Assembly (NCBI GenBank): GCA_951406725.2
Contig: OX597819.1
Coordinates: 18,972,001 to 19,036,000, forward strand
Origin: Octopus vulgaris
Lineage: Eukaryota
Length of the DNA stretch: 64,000 nt
Direction: 5' to 3'
Under the pieces are notes generated by a model. That model did no database searches. It was not told the DNA's origin and saw nothing but the letters and a program-made list of their open reading frames with translations. The position numbers were made by a program, and so were the translations under genes. How positions within the stretch are numbered: the stretch's first letter is position 1; every line of letters begins with the position of its first letter. Shown here in pieces: positions 12,796 through 25,645 of the stretch.

Positions 12796-14459
12796 GACGA
12801 GGGGAAATTGAGGGAAGAAGAGAGGGATAAAACGATGATTATGTTTCTCGCGTAGTCATGTGACGTGGATGGATAGGAGCGCATTCAACAGCATCTCTCT
12901 TTGAACAGCTCTAATTGGTGATAAACGCAAACGATGGCTGATATGAACCTCTACAGAAAATCATTGGCCTAAATTCACAATCCGCAACGGCAACAAACAA
13001 CGAACGTATAGGAACAAGTATGACTGTATGAACACTGGATTACTCACTACGTTATGTGCATCTTGATGGCAATTTAATTTCGTTTCAACGTTAAATGAAA
13101 CTGTTTAAGCAATGTAATATAATTGATAAAGGTGGAGTGAAGCAGTCTCTTTGGTCTTTCTAACATAATAAACATTTAGTGTTTGCCTAAATTAGATTTT
13201 ATTTTGCTGCTTGTGATAACTGTGTACGATTCCCTCGCTTACATGAATTTTGCATCTTTGTTGAATTGATTGAATGTCGAGATACCTGTTAAATGTTCCG
13301 ATGTTACCCAATTTATTTTCTAAACAATTGTACACCAAACAGCGTAAAGGCCGGTATATTTATTCTGTCATTCTCCCATCTCAACGTTAGCAAGTAATGT
13401 CTAAGCTATGTGGATGATTAGACTGAAATATATCCGGAATTCACCACCCATCTCGAATTTTTGCCACAATAGCTGAAGTAATATTAGTCTTTCACAACAA
13501 TTATTGATTTTTCCATAGCACAAAATTATTTCTAGTTAGCCTTTTAATAATTTCTCCATTAAATATGGAAATACTAACTTAACAAACCATTACTGATGCA
13601 GAGAAATGTCGTTGTATTATATATCCTTTCAGAATATCGTAGATATTTGCATATATTAGATCGTATCAAAGTAGGCCCTTCAAATTTTCTTTTTTCTCAG
13701 ACAAAAGTTTAAATATTTTGTAAAGTGTTTTAACAAAAATACTACTAACACTTATATTTTTGGAAGACAGAACCAAAGTTTTCGTGTAAATTTGATTGTA
13801 GCAATCACCATGAATCCGGCTGAAAAATCTATTTTTGATTATATTATACATTGTTTAACCACGTCTGTGCTTTTTACTTTAAATAACCATCATGCAGTGT
13901 TATTTTTGATACTACAACAGTTGCCTGTTCGTAGTAATAATACCAGGTCACTATATTTTAAATAAGTAAAGAAAATATTCGATAAAATTCAGGAAATGTT
14001 ACATAAGTACAGCGTAGTAATCTTTACTGGAATAGATATCGCAATATTTTGGTGTAAAAGTTTGAAGTTTCTACGTTTATTTTTATCAAATAGCTGAAAC
14101 AATGATTTACGCAATATTTAACCAATTTTCAAATTAAAAAAAGAAGGAACGAACGCTGATATGCACGTATATACATCATGTATGCTTAGCCAGCCCTTAA
14201 ACGTTTCATGTATAGGTTTTAGGTAGTATAATATCATTATACACTGCTCAATGTACTAACATTGTTTACGATGATCTAATCAAATTTGTATGCGAATGAA
14301 CATGGAAGATATTTCAAAGCTGAATCAAATTGAATGTCAACACCACACATTGGGAAAGGAGCGATGATTCGTATCTTGTCTGTCTATATCTTAACCTTCT
14401 CGCGGACATAAATATTTATCTATTCATATGTATCTATAAGTGTATATATTTATATTTAG

Positions 14460-15089
<630 letters not shown>

Positions 15090-15102
15090 GTATATATATA
15101 TA

Positions 15103-15265
15103 TTCGAAACACGCAATGAATTGTAACAGGAGCAGCTGAAGAAGGGGAATGTTCCCTCTGTTGTTTGTCTTGTACTTTTTTTCGTTGTAGAAAAAAGGCC
15201 GTTTCCTTGTTTTGTTTTTATGTTTTCGTTTCTCGTTGTGTTCTACGTTTTTTGTGGTGTACCCA
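15103..15265 (+). repeat. Short (TA)n-embedded interspersed element, possibly Penelope-like pseudo-LTR derived
   Basis: Unique T-rich ~160 bp between (TA)n tracts; architecture similar to the reverse complement of 42648-42781. Confidence 0.35.
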
Positions 15266-17429
15266 TATATGCACGTATATATACATATAGATGTAGGTAT
15301 GTACATATATGTATGTATATATGCATGTGTTTTATTTATTAAATTGTTATTATATATATATATATATCGGCGTGAGGTGCATAGGGCTTAAGCATGGCAA
15401 CCACGTGGTTTTGCAATCAGTCTGTGATTTGAAGCGTTGTTGTTGCTTCTTATACCGAAACATTTCTATGGATCTTTTTCTATGGATCTCAAACTTTGTT
15501 ATCCCATTTGTCGTTGATATTTCATAGGAAACATTGCACACATGTTCTTTAGATTTTAATATGCCTGCCAACTTTTATCAGTTCAGATATTTGTTCATAA
15601 AATCTTTTCAACTTCTAAATCTGTTCCTACCACTTCAAACTAGAACGATTGTAAAACTATTTAAATTCGTTCTACTACTAGAAAGAAAGGTTCTGCTTAT
15701 TTATGAATAGTGCCTGGGAAACAACAGAATGGCCACTGGGGAAGGTTCCGTGTTGAAATTACAATATCAGTTTTCGTAATATAGAAAATTTAAGAGAATA
15801 AATGTCTGTGTAGAAAGGATAGAGAATGAAACAAAATTATAAGACAACTGCAAAATAATGTTTGGACAGGAAATTAGAACGGTAGAAATTCGTTCAATTT
15901 TAGTTGTCGAATGCATGAGAAACGGGTAAAGTGTTAATAACAAAGGAAAGAGCTGTAGGAAATCTAAAGACATGAAGACAAAGAAAAAGAAGTGAGGCCT
16001 TCTGCATCGATGTCGTTTTGCTAGAAGTAACGATGTTTGGCAGATTACAAGGAATGATTAAAAGATTTGGCAACATCGCATAACGGAAAATTGAAGATTG
16101 TGATTAATTGAAAATTAGGCGAAGCAAAACTAGCGAAAATAATGACAGCAGAGATAAAACATTCCGCAAGAAATAAGAAGATCACAAACACACACACCCA
16201 ACACGCACATACACACATATATACATGCACTTTCAGACACACATACATACGCTCACATGTACTTGCATGTTTACGTTGGGATTCATCTCTCTTTTTATCT
16301 TTCCTCTCTTCACTCTCTCCCTGTCTTTATATATATACACAAATATGAATACTTATTTGCGTGTGTGGTTGTATGTGCATTTATATATATATATATATAT
16401 ATATAAATATATATATATTTATATATATCTGTGTGTGTGTGTATGTGTGTGTCCATACAAACACGCATGCTCATATAGACTTCATATTTGTGCATGCGCG
16501 TGCGCACGTCTATCTCTTAAATTAGATGAAGTGAAAGAAAGTGATTCAAAGGCCATGAGTTACATTGTCTTAATTAGATCTCTGAAATAATGGGTTCAAA
16601 TCTCGCAAAGAGAAAATCGTTTTCATTCGAGATATGATGTCATGAATGTAATAATGAAGTGAGGGCATTCATGGAACCCAATCTCTCCTTTTCGAAGTTT
16701 TTTCAACTATCATTCATGTTAGAAATCAAACTCAACAAAAGGGCGAAACTAGTTTTTCTAGATAGGAGTTATGATTCCCATATATTCATGTTTGATCACA
16801 CCGGTAGTGCCGCAGCTCAAACAGTTGCGCTCGTGTGTTCGTCCCACTCGTGTATAACGCGCACTGCTGTTTTGGTGGTAAACCTTGGTACAAAGCATCC
16901 TTTCATAGATATGCTTTACCTCAGTGACTCTGCACCGTACTAGTTTTTCTCAGTTAAAATCAAATCTAAAATAGTGAAACTTAAACACAACTAAATACCG
17001 GAATTGTATTCTTGCCTCCAACTTCAGTTACAAATCATTGTTTTGTTTGCTTTCCATTGCTACCTATCACAGGATGCTTTCGATTATTTTATCGTTTCAC
17101 ATGTCATAATCGATCTGCTTCGAAAATGTATGGTTCTTACGGACGAGACTTTTTTGAATGTTAATAGAATTTCGAATTAATCAACTCACTATTGGTCGAA
17201 AGACACAGTTAACCCTACGTTTATAAAATGTACAAATATCTTTGTAATTTTGATAATCGTAAAACAGCTTAAATCATACAATAAACAACAGCAAAAAACT
17301 CTTCAGATTAAATCAGTTGTTTTCATTGCGTGAAAACACGAAAAATATGTTTAAAACCTCATACTTTGTGTCAAAAATTTGCAAACAATGAGGAATATAT
17401 CACAAGTGTGACATATTACTATTATTATA

Positions 17430-18380
17430 CTTGTTTCACTCAGTTACTTCGCTACACTGGGCATTGTAACAAAATGTCCGCTGTCTGTAACCAGTAGACT
17501 AGGATATCACTTCTCCTTCAGGTTTCGAGAACTCTCCGAAAACTTTATCCATTTCTAAGCAACAATGATTTTTGTAGATAGCATAGCTTCATGTTGAAAC
17601 TTATCTATTCCAATGTAGTTTGTAACTTTAGTACATAAAAACTCAAGGCTCCAACAACAACAGCATTCACCTTCTTCAATGTCTTATTTCTGATTTCAAA
17701 ACAGCATATCTGACCAAACTTCTCTCCTTTTTGCAGTACTCTGTCATCTCCACTGTATGCAATACCTATTTCTTTATTACCCACAAGGGGCTAAACATAG
17801 AGGGGACAAACAAGGACAGACATAGGTATTAAGTCGATTACATCGACCCCAGTGCGGAACTGGTACTTAATTTATCGACCCCGAAAGGATGAAAGGCAAA
17901 GTCGACCTCGGCGGAATTTGAACTCACAACGTAACGGCAGACGAAACACCGCTAAGCATTTCGCCCGTCGTGCTAACGTTTCTGCCAGCTCGCCGCCTTA
18001 AATGTATGCAATACCGATGATTAGACAAGTTTGTTTTTCACGTTTTGATTCAAAACCAATGCACGCTGGTGTCGAGCGTCAGATTCCTGGTCATAATCGA
18101 TCATTCATCGCTCAATGCTTTTAACGTGGCTCCATAAACTGCTCTTCTCGGATTTATCCATATCTCGTTTTTGGTCAAACTAACCACACAGCTCCAAATC
18201 AGTCATTCCCGGAACTTTATCTGTCTTCGTTAGTTTTTTTCTCGGTCAGTTTCCTGCATCCATTCACAATGTGCCGTACAGAATCACCTAAAATCTCAAT
18301 ACCTGCACTAGTCACATACTGTAAATTGTCAATCTTGCATTTGGTGTAATTTCTTCAACTGATTGTTCCTGTGCAATACT
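17430..18380 (-). mobile_element. Degenerate R4/Dong-like LINE 3' part, interrupted by an S1 SINE
   Basis: Minus strand gives DSVRHIVNGC..., then IGIAYSGDDRVLQKG...VVVGAL...LQKSLLL..RRVLET*; ends in a TAATAAT tail near 17420. Confidence 0.65.
17767..18000 (-). mobile_element. tRNA-derived SINE family S1, full length, 13-bp TSD
   Basis: Head AAGGCGGCGAGCTGGCAGAAACG, B box GAGTTCAAATTCC; TSD TGTATGCAATACC at 17754-17766 and 18003-18015. Confidence 0.92.
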
Positions 18381-18410
18381 GTTGTTGTCGTTATTATTGT
18401 TATTATTGTT

Positions 18411-18733
18411 ATTCTCGAAATTCTTGCTCACTGTTCCCAGGGTTCCGACAATTATTGGTACTACTACCACCTTTTTCATCGACCACAACTGCTTAACTTC
18501 CCAAGCTAACCTGTCATATCTCTCCACTTTTCTGTCTTCCTTATCGCATACCTTGTTGTCAGCTAGATCTATGATCCAGCATAGTTTGTTTCCTTTCTCA
18601 ATTAAGACTATGGATGGCTTCCTATTCTCTATCTCATGGTCGCATTGAATCATAAAATCCCACCAGATGTTTGCATTATTATTTTCGATGATGCCCTCGG
18701 GTTTATGGTCGTACCAATTTTTTTTGCTGTCAA
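18411..18733 (-). mobile_element. R4/Dong-like RLE-domain fragment flanked by triplet repeats
   Basis: ORF: WYDHKPEGIIEN..IWWDFMIQCDHEIENRKPSIVLIEK..CWIID..KVERYDRLAWEVKQLWSM..VVPIIVGTLGTV. Confidence 0.85.
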
Positions 18734-18735
18734 AT

Positions 18736-18767
<32 letters not shown>

Positions 18768-19437
18768 TATTATTATTGCTGTTGCTGTTGTTGTTGTTGT
18801 TGTTATTGTTGTTGTTGTTATTATTATTATTAGTAGTAGAATGAAGCTGGGGAAACGTCAGGCACGTTTGTACGTTGGATAAAATGCTTAACCGGGAGGA
18901 TCGTCACAATGAACAATCTTGTTAGCATGCACCTAGAGGCTAAGGAAGGGTTTGTGTGTAGAGGTTCTTACCCTGGTGGGTAGGAGGTTCGTGGTTTTGT
19001 GCGATTTCAGCCCTTGAAGACTCCCACCTACAGTAGAATTTTTTGTTTCAAATTTTTTCTCTGGATAATTTTTTTTTACCTATTTCCACGCCTCCATGCA
19101 ACCGGTATCATATCATACTGCATCCAAATATTTGTGCACGCTCCTTCAACTGCAAATAAACGCCAGTCATTAATAAAGAAATCATTATCATCATTATGAT
19201 GACATTATAATCTAATTTAATTGGTAGCCGTGTTTTCTTGACGTTTAGTGAACGAAAGCCACTTCAAATTTGCAGGATCTTAAGATTCTTGCTGAATTCA
19301 CGAAGTCCCACTCCTGCAGGTCGACATTGCGATTCTCGGGCAAGAATACCCTGCAGACTTTTAGTTAGCATTTTGTTTGCTGTGGCAAGTGTAGTTAATA
19401 TCACATGAATAATGGTTGATGTTCATCAATCATCTTC

Positions 19438-19440
19438 ATA

Positions 19441-19484
<44 letters not shown>

Positions 19485-19495
19485 AACTACTTCTT

Positions 19496-19557
<62 letters not shown>

Positions 19558-19561
19558 TCTT

Positions 19562-19594
<33 letters not shown>

Positions 19595-19665
19595 ATACTA
19601 CTACTACTACTACTAATAATAATAATAATTATCCTCCTCCTCAGCATCATTATCATTATTATTAT
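19438..19665. repeat. (CTA)n/(CTT)n/(TAA)n/(TTA)n compound microsatellite
   Basis: Directly visible. Confidence 0.95.
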
Positions 19666-19666
19666 T

Positions 19667-20358
19667 CAGTAGTATATGTTTTATAGCGTGCTTTTACTTC
19701 ACTACCGAGCGCAGCTGTGTGTGCCATGGGTATGTGCTGTGATTTGTTGTGATGCTCTGATGGTTACTGTATGGAAAGTGGTCTACGTAGGATGTGTGCA
19801 GTGCCTAGTAGTGCAATTTTCTGTATGTTATATGTGTTTGTAAGTCCTGGTGTTTTTGTTATGTATTTGTCTGAATATTTTGTTATCATGCCTAATGCAC
19901 CTATTATGATAGGAATTGTTTCTGTTTTTAGATTCCACATTCTGGTTACCTCTATTTCGAGGTCTTTGTATTTTGAAAGTTTCTCCATTTTTTCAGAGGC
20001 ATGTTGTCATCTGCTGGTATTGATACATCAATTAGAATACATTTTTTTGTTCATGATCTCTGACAACTATATCTGGTCTGTTGGCCTTAATTTCTCTATC
20101 TGTGTGTATTAGCATATCCCAGTGTATGGATGCTTTCTCGTTTTCTCTGACCTTTTCTGGTGTGTGCCTATACCATCTTTTTTTCTGTTGTTATTTCATA
20201 ATGTTGGCATAGCTTCCAGTGTGTATAGGTCCCAAATCTGTCGTGTCAGTGAATATATTCCTTAGCCAGGACAGGGCAGCCAGAGATAATATTATTTATT
20301 GTTTCTTGTCCATCTCCACATATTCTGCAGTTACTTGCGATATTTCTTTTCTTTACAT
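19667..20358 (-). mobile_element. R4/Dong-like LINE family A, 5'-truncated, embedded in (TAA)n
   Basis: NCRICGDGQETINNIISGCPVLAKEYIH..WY RHTPEKV...RPDIVVRD..EKLSKYKDLEIEVTRMWNLKTETIPIIIGALG..LLGTAHILRR; (TTA)n on both sides. Confidence 0.9.
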
Positions 20359-20361
20359 TAA

Positions 20362-20424
<63 letters not shown>

Positions 20425-20425
<1 letters not shown>

Positions 20426-20959
20426 GAGTGAGAGAGCAGTGCATGCCATCAAAGTGACACTGGAGTAAAATAAAAGAAAGCCCAATATACCCATCATGAC
20501 TACCCATCTGATAAAGGTACACCAGGCACATGCATCACAACCATATGTGCGCGACATGGTGATCTCATATCAAGATAAACAGCACATGACCTTGCAGGTG
20601 GGGCCCAGATAGAATTTTCTTCAGGTTGAGTAGCCCATCCCGCTCAAAAGGTCCCTGAATAAGGGTTGTTTAAGGATGTTGAAAGAACCACCCATGTTTC
20701 CAGAGGTGAATTATTCAAACCCCAAAGAATCCCTCTCAACACATGGCTATGATGCTCCCCCACTACTTCTGCTCGTGATCAGAGATGCACATATCGTCAG
20801 CCACTAAGGGACATGGTCAACTGGTTAAGGTCAAACAACTGACAAGCAAATCTGTGGTATTGAGCAGAATATTTGCTGTAGCCCATATTTTATACCAAGA
20901 CAAAACAATGTACATGATAACACTTCCAATCAGTTAAGATCAGAAGCTATGAGAGCCAC

Positions 20960-20960
<1 letters not shown>
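20425..20960 (-). mobile_element. ~555-bp non-coding retroposon, copy 4
   Basis: Reverse complement of the body at 2786-3342; (TTA)n on both sides. Confidence 0.9.
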
Positions 20961-21035
<75 letters not shown>

Positions 21036-21070
21036 CATCATCATCATTATTATTGTTATTATTATTATTA

Positions 21071-21165
<95 letters not shown>

Positions 21166-21191
21166 TTTGTTATTATTGTCATTATTATTAT
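20961..21191. repeat. (TTA)n/(TCA)n microsatellite
   Basis: Directly visible. Confidence 0.95.
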
Positions 21192-21743
21192 TGCGTGAGA
21201 GCGCAGTGCATGCAATGAATGTGACACTGGGATACCAATATATGAAGTCCAATATATTCGCCATGACCACCCGTCTGATAAGTGTACAACAGTCACCGAC
21301 ATAACCATATGTACGCGACATGGTGATCTCATATCAAGTTGAACAGCGCATGAAACTGCAGGTGGAGCCCAGTTAGAAGGTTTTTTCAGGTCGATTAGTC
21401 CATCCCGCTTAAGAAGTCCCTAAATAAAGTTTGTTTTCAGGCTGGTGAATAAAACAGCAATATTTCCCGTGGTAAATTACTCAAACCCCAAAGAATTCCT
21501 CTCAACACACGGCTATGATGCTCTCGCACTACTGAGGCTCATGATCAGAGATGCACATATCGCCAGCAACTAAGGGGCATGGTCAACTGGTTAAGGTCAA
21601 ACACCTGACAAGCAAAGCTGTGGTATTGAGCAGAATAGTATTTGCCGTAGCCTATCTTTTATACCAAGACAAAGCATGATAACATTTGCAATCAGTTAAG
21701 ACTAGAAGCCACGAGAGCCACTACCTGGTACTGCATCAAGTCG
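21192..21743 (-). mobile_element. ~555-bp non-coding retroposon, copy 5 (diverged, full length)
   Basis: Minus strand begins CGACTTGATGCAGTACCAGGTAGTGGCTCTCGTGGC and ends GCACTGCGCTCTCACGCA-(ATA)n. Confidence 0.88.
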
Positions 21744-21789
21744 TTTTATTATTATTATTATTGTTATTTTATTATTATTATTATTATTA

Positions 21790-21825
<36 letters not shown>

Positions 21826-21828
<3 letters not shown>

Positions 21829-22303
21829 CGTCGCACAGTATAGATTATCGTGAGGTTGTTGATTGAAGATATTGTGTTTACCGGGTGTTTGTACAGTTTG
21901 TCAAGTCACAAGAAGGAGCTCAGTCAGACTGTACTTTACTCAATATGCGTTCTGTTACAATTAAATACCGACTGTTGTAATACATCTAGATTGAAGAGCA
22001 TTTACAATGTTTTTCAGATGAAATTTCTGTTTGGATGGTATTGAACCTAATGTTCCAATGAGATTAGGGATGACCTTTATGTATGACTCTCGTAGCTGCC
22101 ACCTCTTAGCTATCTCAATTCTCGTGTCTCCATATTCATCGACCTTTTCCCTTTCTTTCTTTCTTGATGATTCGTTGATCTCCTGGCACTGCCACGTCAA
22201 TTATTTAGCACCCATGTTTGTCTCTCCTAAAGGTTACTATATCCGGCCTTTTGTGCTCTAACACCTTGCCAGACTGGAAGTCAAAGTCCCAGGGGATTTT
22301 TGC
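21826..22303 (-). mobile_element. R4/Dong-like LINE family B 3' end
   Basis: IPWDFDFQSGKVLEHKRPDIV...KKEREKVDEYGDTRIEIAKRWQL..VIPNLIGTLGSIP; the 5' truncation abuts TAATAATAA and the 3' end runs into (TAA)n. Confidence 0.82.
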
Positions 22304-22785
22304 CTTATTATTATTACAAAAACATAGTCTTATCTACTGGAGCCTCTCTGCAGTCCAAACGTGTACTTGTAGAAGTCTACGTGATGAAATAATACAAGTT
22401 AAAAATAATCACTAACAGACAAATAATATTGATTTTTTTGCCCTCACTGTATAATTATCTCTAGTTAAATTTTCGATTATTTTTGTATTAAACTTGGTAA
22501 ACATTGGCTGAACTTCTCCCAAATATTATTGAAGTACACCAACCTACTAAAATACTGTAACATTAATCAAAATCTTCGGTTTCAGTGTTTTGTCAAGATT
22601 TTATAAAACCATTTCATTTTCTGGGTGTCGTGGGACATTCAGAGAGATTTTACAAAATTGAAAAGGAGAAAACCAACATCCTTCAATGAAGGCGCTAATG
22701 TCGTAAAAACTGAAAACATTTAGTAATATAGAATTACATACACAATGTTAGAATATAATTTGTCAGTCCTCAGCCGAATGTATTC

Positions 22786-23334
22786 ATGCCCTGATGCAGT
22801 ACCAGGCAGTGGCTCTCATGGCTTCTGATCTTAACTGATTGGAGGTGTTATCATGTACATTGATTTGTCTTGGTATAAAAGATGGGCTACAGCAAATATT
22901 CTGCTCAATACCACAGATTTGCTTGTCAGTTGTTTGACCTTAACCAGTTGACCATGTCCCTTAGTGGCTGACGATATGTGCATCTCTGATCACGAGCAGG
23001 AGTAATTGGGGAGCATCATAGCCATGTGTTGAGAGGGATTCTTTGGGGTTTGAATAATTCACCTTTGGAAACATGGGTGGTTCTTTCAACATCCTTAAAC
23101 AACCCTTATTCAGGGACCCTTTGAGCGGGATGGGCTACTCAACCTGAAGAAAATTCTAACTGGGCCCCACCTGCAAGGTCATGTGCTGTTTATCTTGATA
23201 TGAGATCACCATGTCGCGCACATATGGTTGTGATGCATGTGCCTGGTGTACCCTTATCAGACGGGTAGTCATGATGGGTATATTGGGCTTCGTATATTTT
23301 ACCCCAATGTCACTTTGATGGCATGAACTGCTCT
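22786..23334 (+). mobile_element. ~555-bp non-coding retroposon, copy 6 (full length)
   Basis: Begins ATGCCCTGATGCAGTACCAGGCAGTGGCTCTCATGG; (TAA)n tail; the 5' flank is not a TAA tract. Confidence 0.9.
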
Positions 23335-23355
23335 AATAATAATAATAATAATCAC

Positions 23356-23424
<69 letters not shown>

Positions 23425-23443
23425 CAACAACAATAATAATAAT

Positions 23444-23592
23444 ATCGAAAAATACCAATCGGAATGAGAACCCAGGTTCGAAATTTCCCCAAGGCACCTG
23501 ATGAAGGCTGGAGGGTATATCAGCTGGAACGTTGTGTGAACAACAAACAAGATGCGGACAAATATCCGTCAAATGTAAATAATGTAAATAAT
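23444..23592 (+). mobile_element. Penelope-like pseudo-LTR remnant with a minimal hammerhead motif
   Basis: GCAC-CTGATGA-A-GGCTG(loop)CAGCT-GGAAC-GTT-GTGT at 23494-23537. Confidence 0.65.
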
Positions 23593-23604
23593 ATAAATAA
23601 TAAC

Positions 23605-23876
23605 ATACCCTGATGCAATACCAAGCAATGGCTCTCTTGGCTTCTGAACTAAACTGATTGGAAGTTTTATCATGCACATTGTTTTGTCTTGGTATAAAAG
23701 ATGAGCTACAACAAATATTCTGCTCAATACCACAGATTTGCTTGTCATTTGTTTGACCATGACCAGTTGAGCATCTCTCTTAGTAACTGATGATATGTGC
23801 ATTTCTGATCACATGTAGAAGTAGTGGGGAAGCATCATAGCCATGTGTCGTTAAGGATTCTTTAGGGTTTGAGTAA
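23605..23876 (+). mobile_element. ~555-bp non-coding retroposon, copy 7 (5' half only)
   Basis: ATACCCTGATGCAATACCAAGCAATGGCTCTC... colinear until about 23876. Confidence 0.85.
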
Positions 23877-24194
23877 GTCAAGAGAAGAGCAACCCGGAGT
23901 CCATGAAAGAGGAAACGCGTCTTATACATTGCGGTTGCCTATCCACGCCATCTTTAAGATCATTTCACGTTTTTGAGGTAAGTGCACACCACCTTGTCTA
24001 CCAATATCCTTCTGCCATTGGGGGCTATTGACAAATCACGGTGCGTAACGAAACAAGAGAAGACTGATTGGTAAGTTGTGAGAATCGTATTCAATTACAG
24101 GAGAACAACATTCACTCGTAAGAGTTGCCATTGTTAGGGGTCGATCCGGCTGAATCGGTGGCACATCGAGCAGAATGGTGGCATTTTGTCTCTA

Positions 24195-24335
24195 TTTACG
24201 TCCTAATTTCAAGTCGACTTTGCCCTTCATCCTTTCGAGATCGCTAATATAAACAGTGGTATTGCACTGGTCGATGTGATCGACTTTATCCTTTCTCCTA
24301 GAATTGCTGGCCTTGTGCCAAAATCTGAAACCAAT
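24195..24335 (+). mobile_element. S1b SINE fragment (S1 core plus alternative tail)
   Basis: GTCGACTTTGCCCTTCATCCTTTCGAGATCG...GGCCTTGTGCCAAAATCTGAAACC. Confidence 0.65.
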
Positions 24336-24833
24336 AATTACCATTGCAACTGTCTTTTTTGGGGGAAGCTTTGGCACATCGCAGGAAGTAGTTTCAGGTA
24401 TACAAAACGATGAGTTGGTCGTGCTGGAACTCTTCTGATTAAATTTCACCTTTAGGTTGAACATAACAACAACAACATAACAAGAAGAATGATACAAAAC
24501 AAATTTAGTGACGTGGAAATTGATTTTACAGTATTTTACACTGTGTGAAATCAACTACTAATGTTGAATTGTTACTTAATAAACGAGAGAATAATTCTCA
24601 TACACGTTACAGTACACACACACACGCACACATAGAGCCACTCATGGTTGTAGGAAAATAGTACTAACACTCAATGTTACGTAAACAAAGCATCTAATCT
24701 GTTATTTTTTTCCACTCAACAACCCATGATTCTATCATGAGAAAACTGTTTATAAACATTTTCTTCTAATTACTGACAGCGATTGCAAGAGAAATCGATG
24801 ACTTATAAAACATAAAATTAATCATAACAAAAT

Positions 24834-24840
24834 TCATCAT

Positions 24841-24938
<98 letters not shown>

Positions 24939-24957
24939 TATTATCATCATCATCATT

Positions 24958-24988
<31 letters not shown>

Positions 24989-24990
24989 AC
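24834..24990. repeat. (TCA)n microsatellite
   Basis: Directly visible. Confidence 0.95.
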
Positions 24991-25426
24991 ATCATGAACA
25001 TCACTCATCGACATGAATACGAAAGACTCCTACACCTATACCAGCAGCATCAATATTCAAATCATCAGAATCATTCTCTCCATCCTCCTCCCCTTCTCCT
25101 CTTCTCATCATCAACATCATCAGTAGTGATAATAATGTTCGCTTGCATTGGACAGGTTTATTTAGTAGAACAATAAAAAGAAAACACGAACAGAAATGGT
25201 CTTTGAAAGAATTGGATGAAGAAGAGGAAGCAGGATGGAGGCAGAAGATTCAACTGGGAAATAATCAGTGGAAAAGATTTTAAAAAAGAAGGCAGTTTCT
25301 ATTAGAAGTGGTTTTCCCCAAGATATCTTTTTTACAGATACTAACGAAGCATTTACACAACATGCAAGACAAGCAGGAGGACCACGCTCTTACACGATAT
25401 ATATTCATATATTTATATAAACAATA

Positions 25427-25586
25427 TAGGAGTGGCTGTGTGGTAAGTAGCTTGCTTACCAACCACATGGTTCCGGGTTCAGTCCCTCTACGAGGCACCT
25501 TGGGCAAGTGTCTTCTACTATAGCCTCGGGCCGACCAAAGCCTTGTGAGTTGATTTGGTAGATGGAAACTCAAAGAAGCCCGCCGA

Positions 25587-25645
<59 letters not shown>

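Noticed and set aside
16740-16990. Possible small host exon (GAG|GTAAAG donor on the minus strand; relatively GC-rich unique DNA)
   Set aside because: No recognisable peptide; isolated splice-like motifs are expected by chance. RNA-seq is needed.
22786-23334. 555-bp element as telomerase RNA, snoRNA, 7SK or an HDV-like ribozyme
   Set aside because: AACAACCCTTA is not a proper CUAACCCUAA template, the C/D-like boxes are not conserved across copies, and I could not draw the nested HDV pseudoknot. An Rfam search is needed.
23880-24180. Unique segment with two GGTAAGT donor-like sites
   Set aside because: No supported reading frame; may be a decayed LINE endonuclease region.
25427-25500. A/B-box regions as tRNA genes
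   Set aside because: They are SINE heads: no complete cloverleaf, and each is followed by core and tail sequence.
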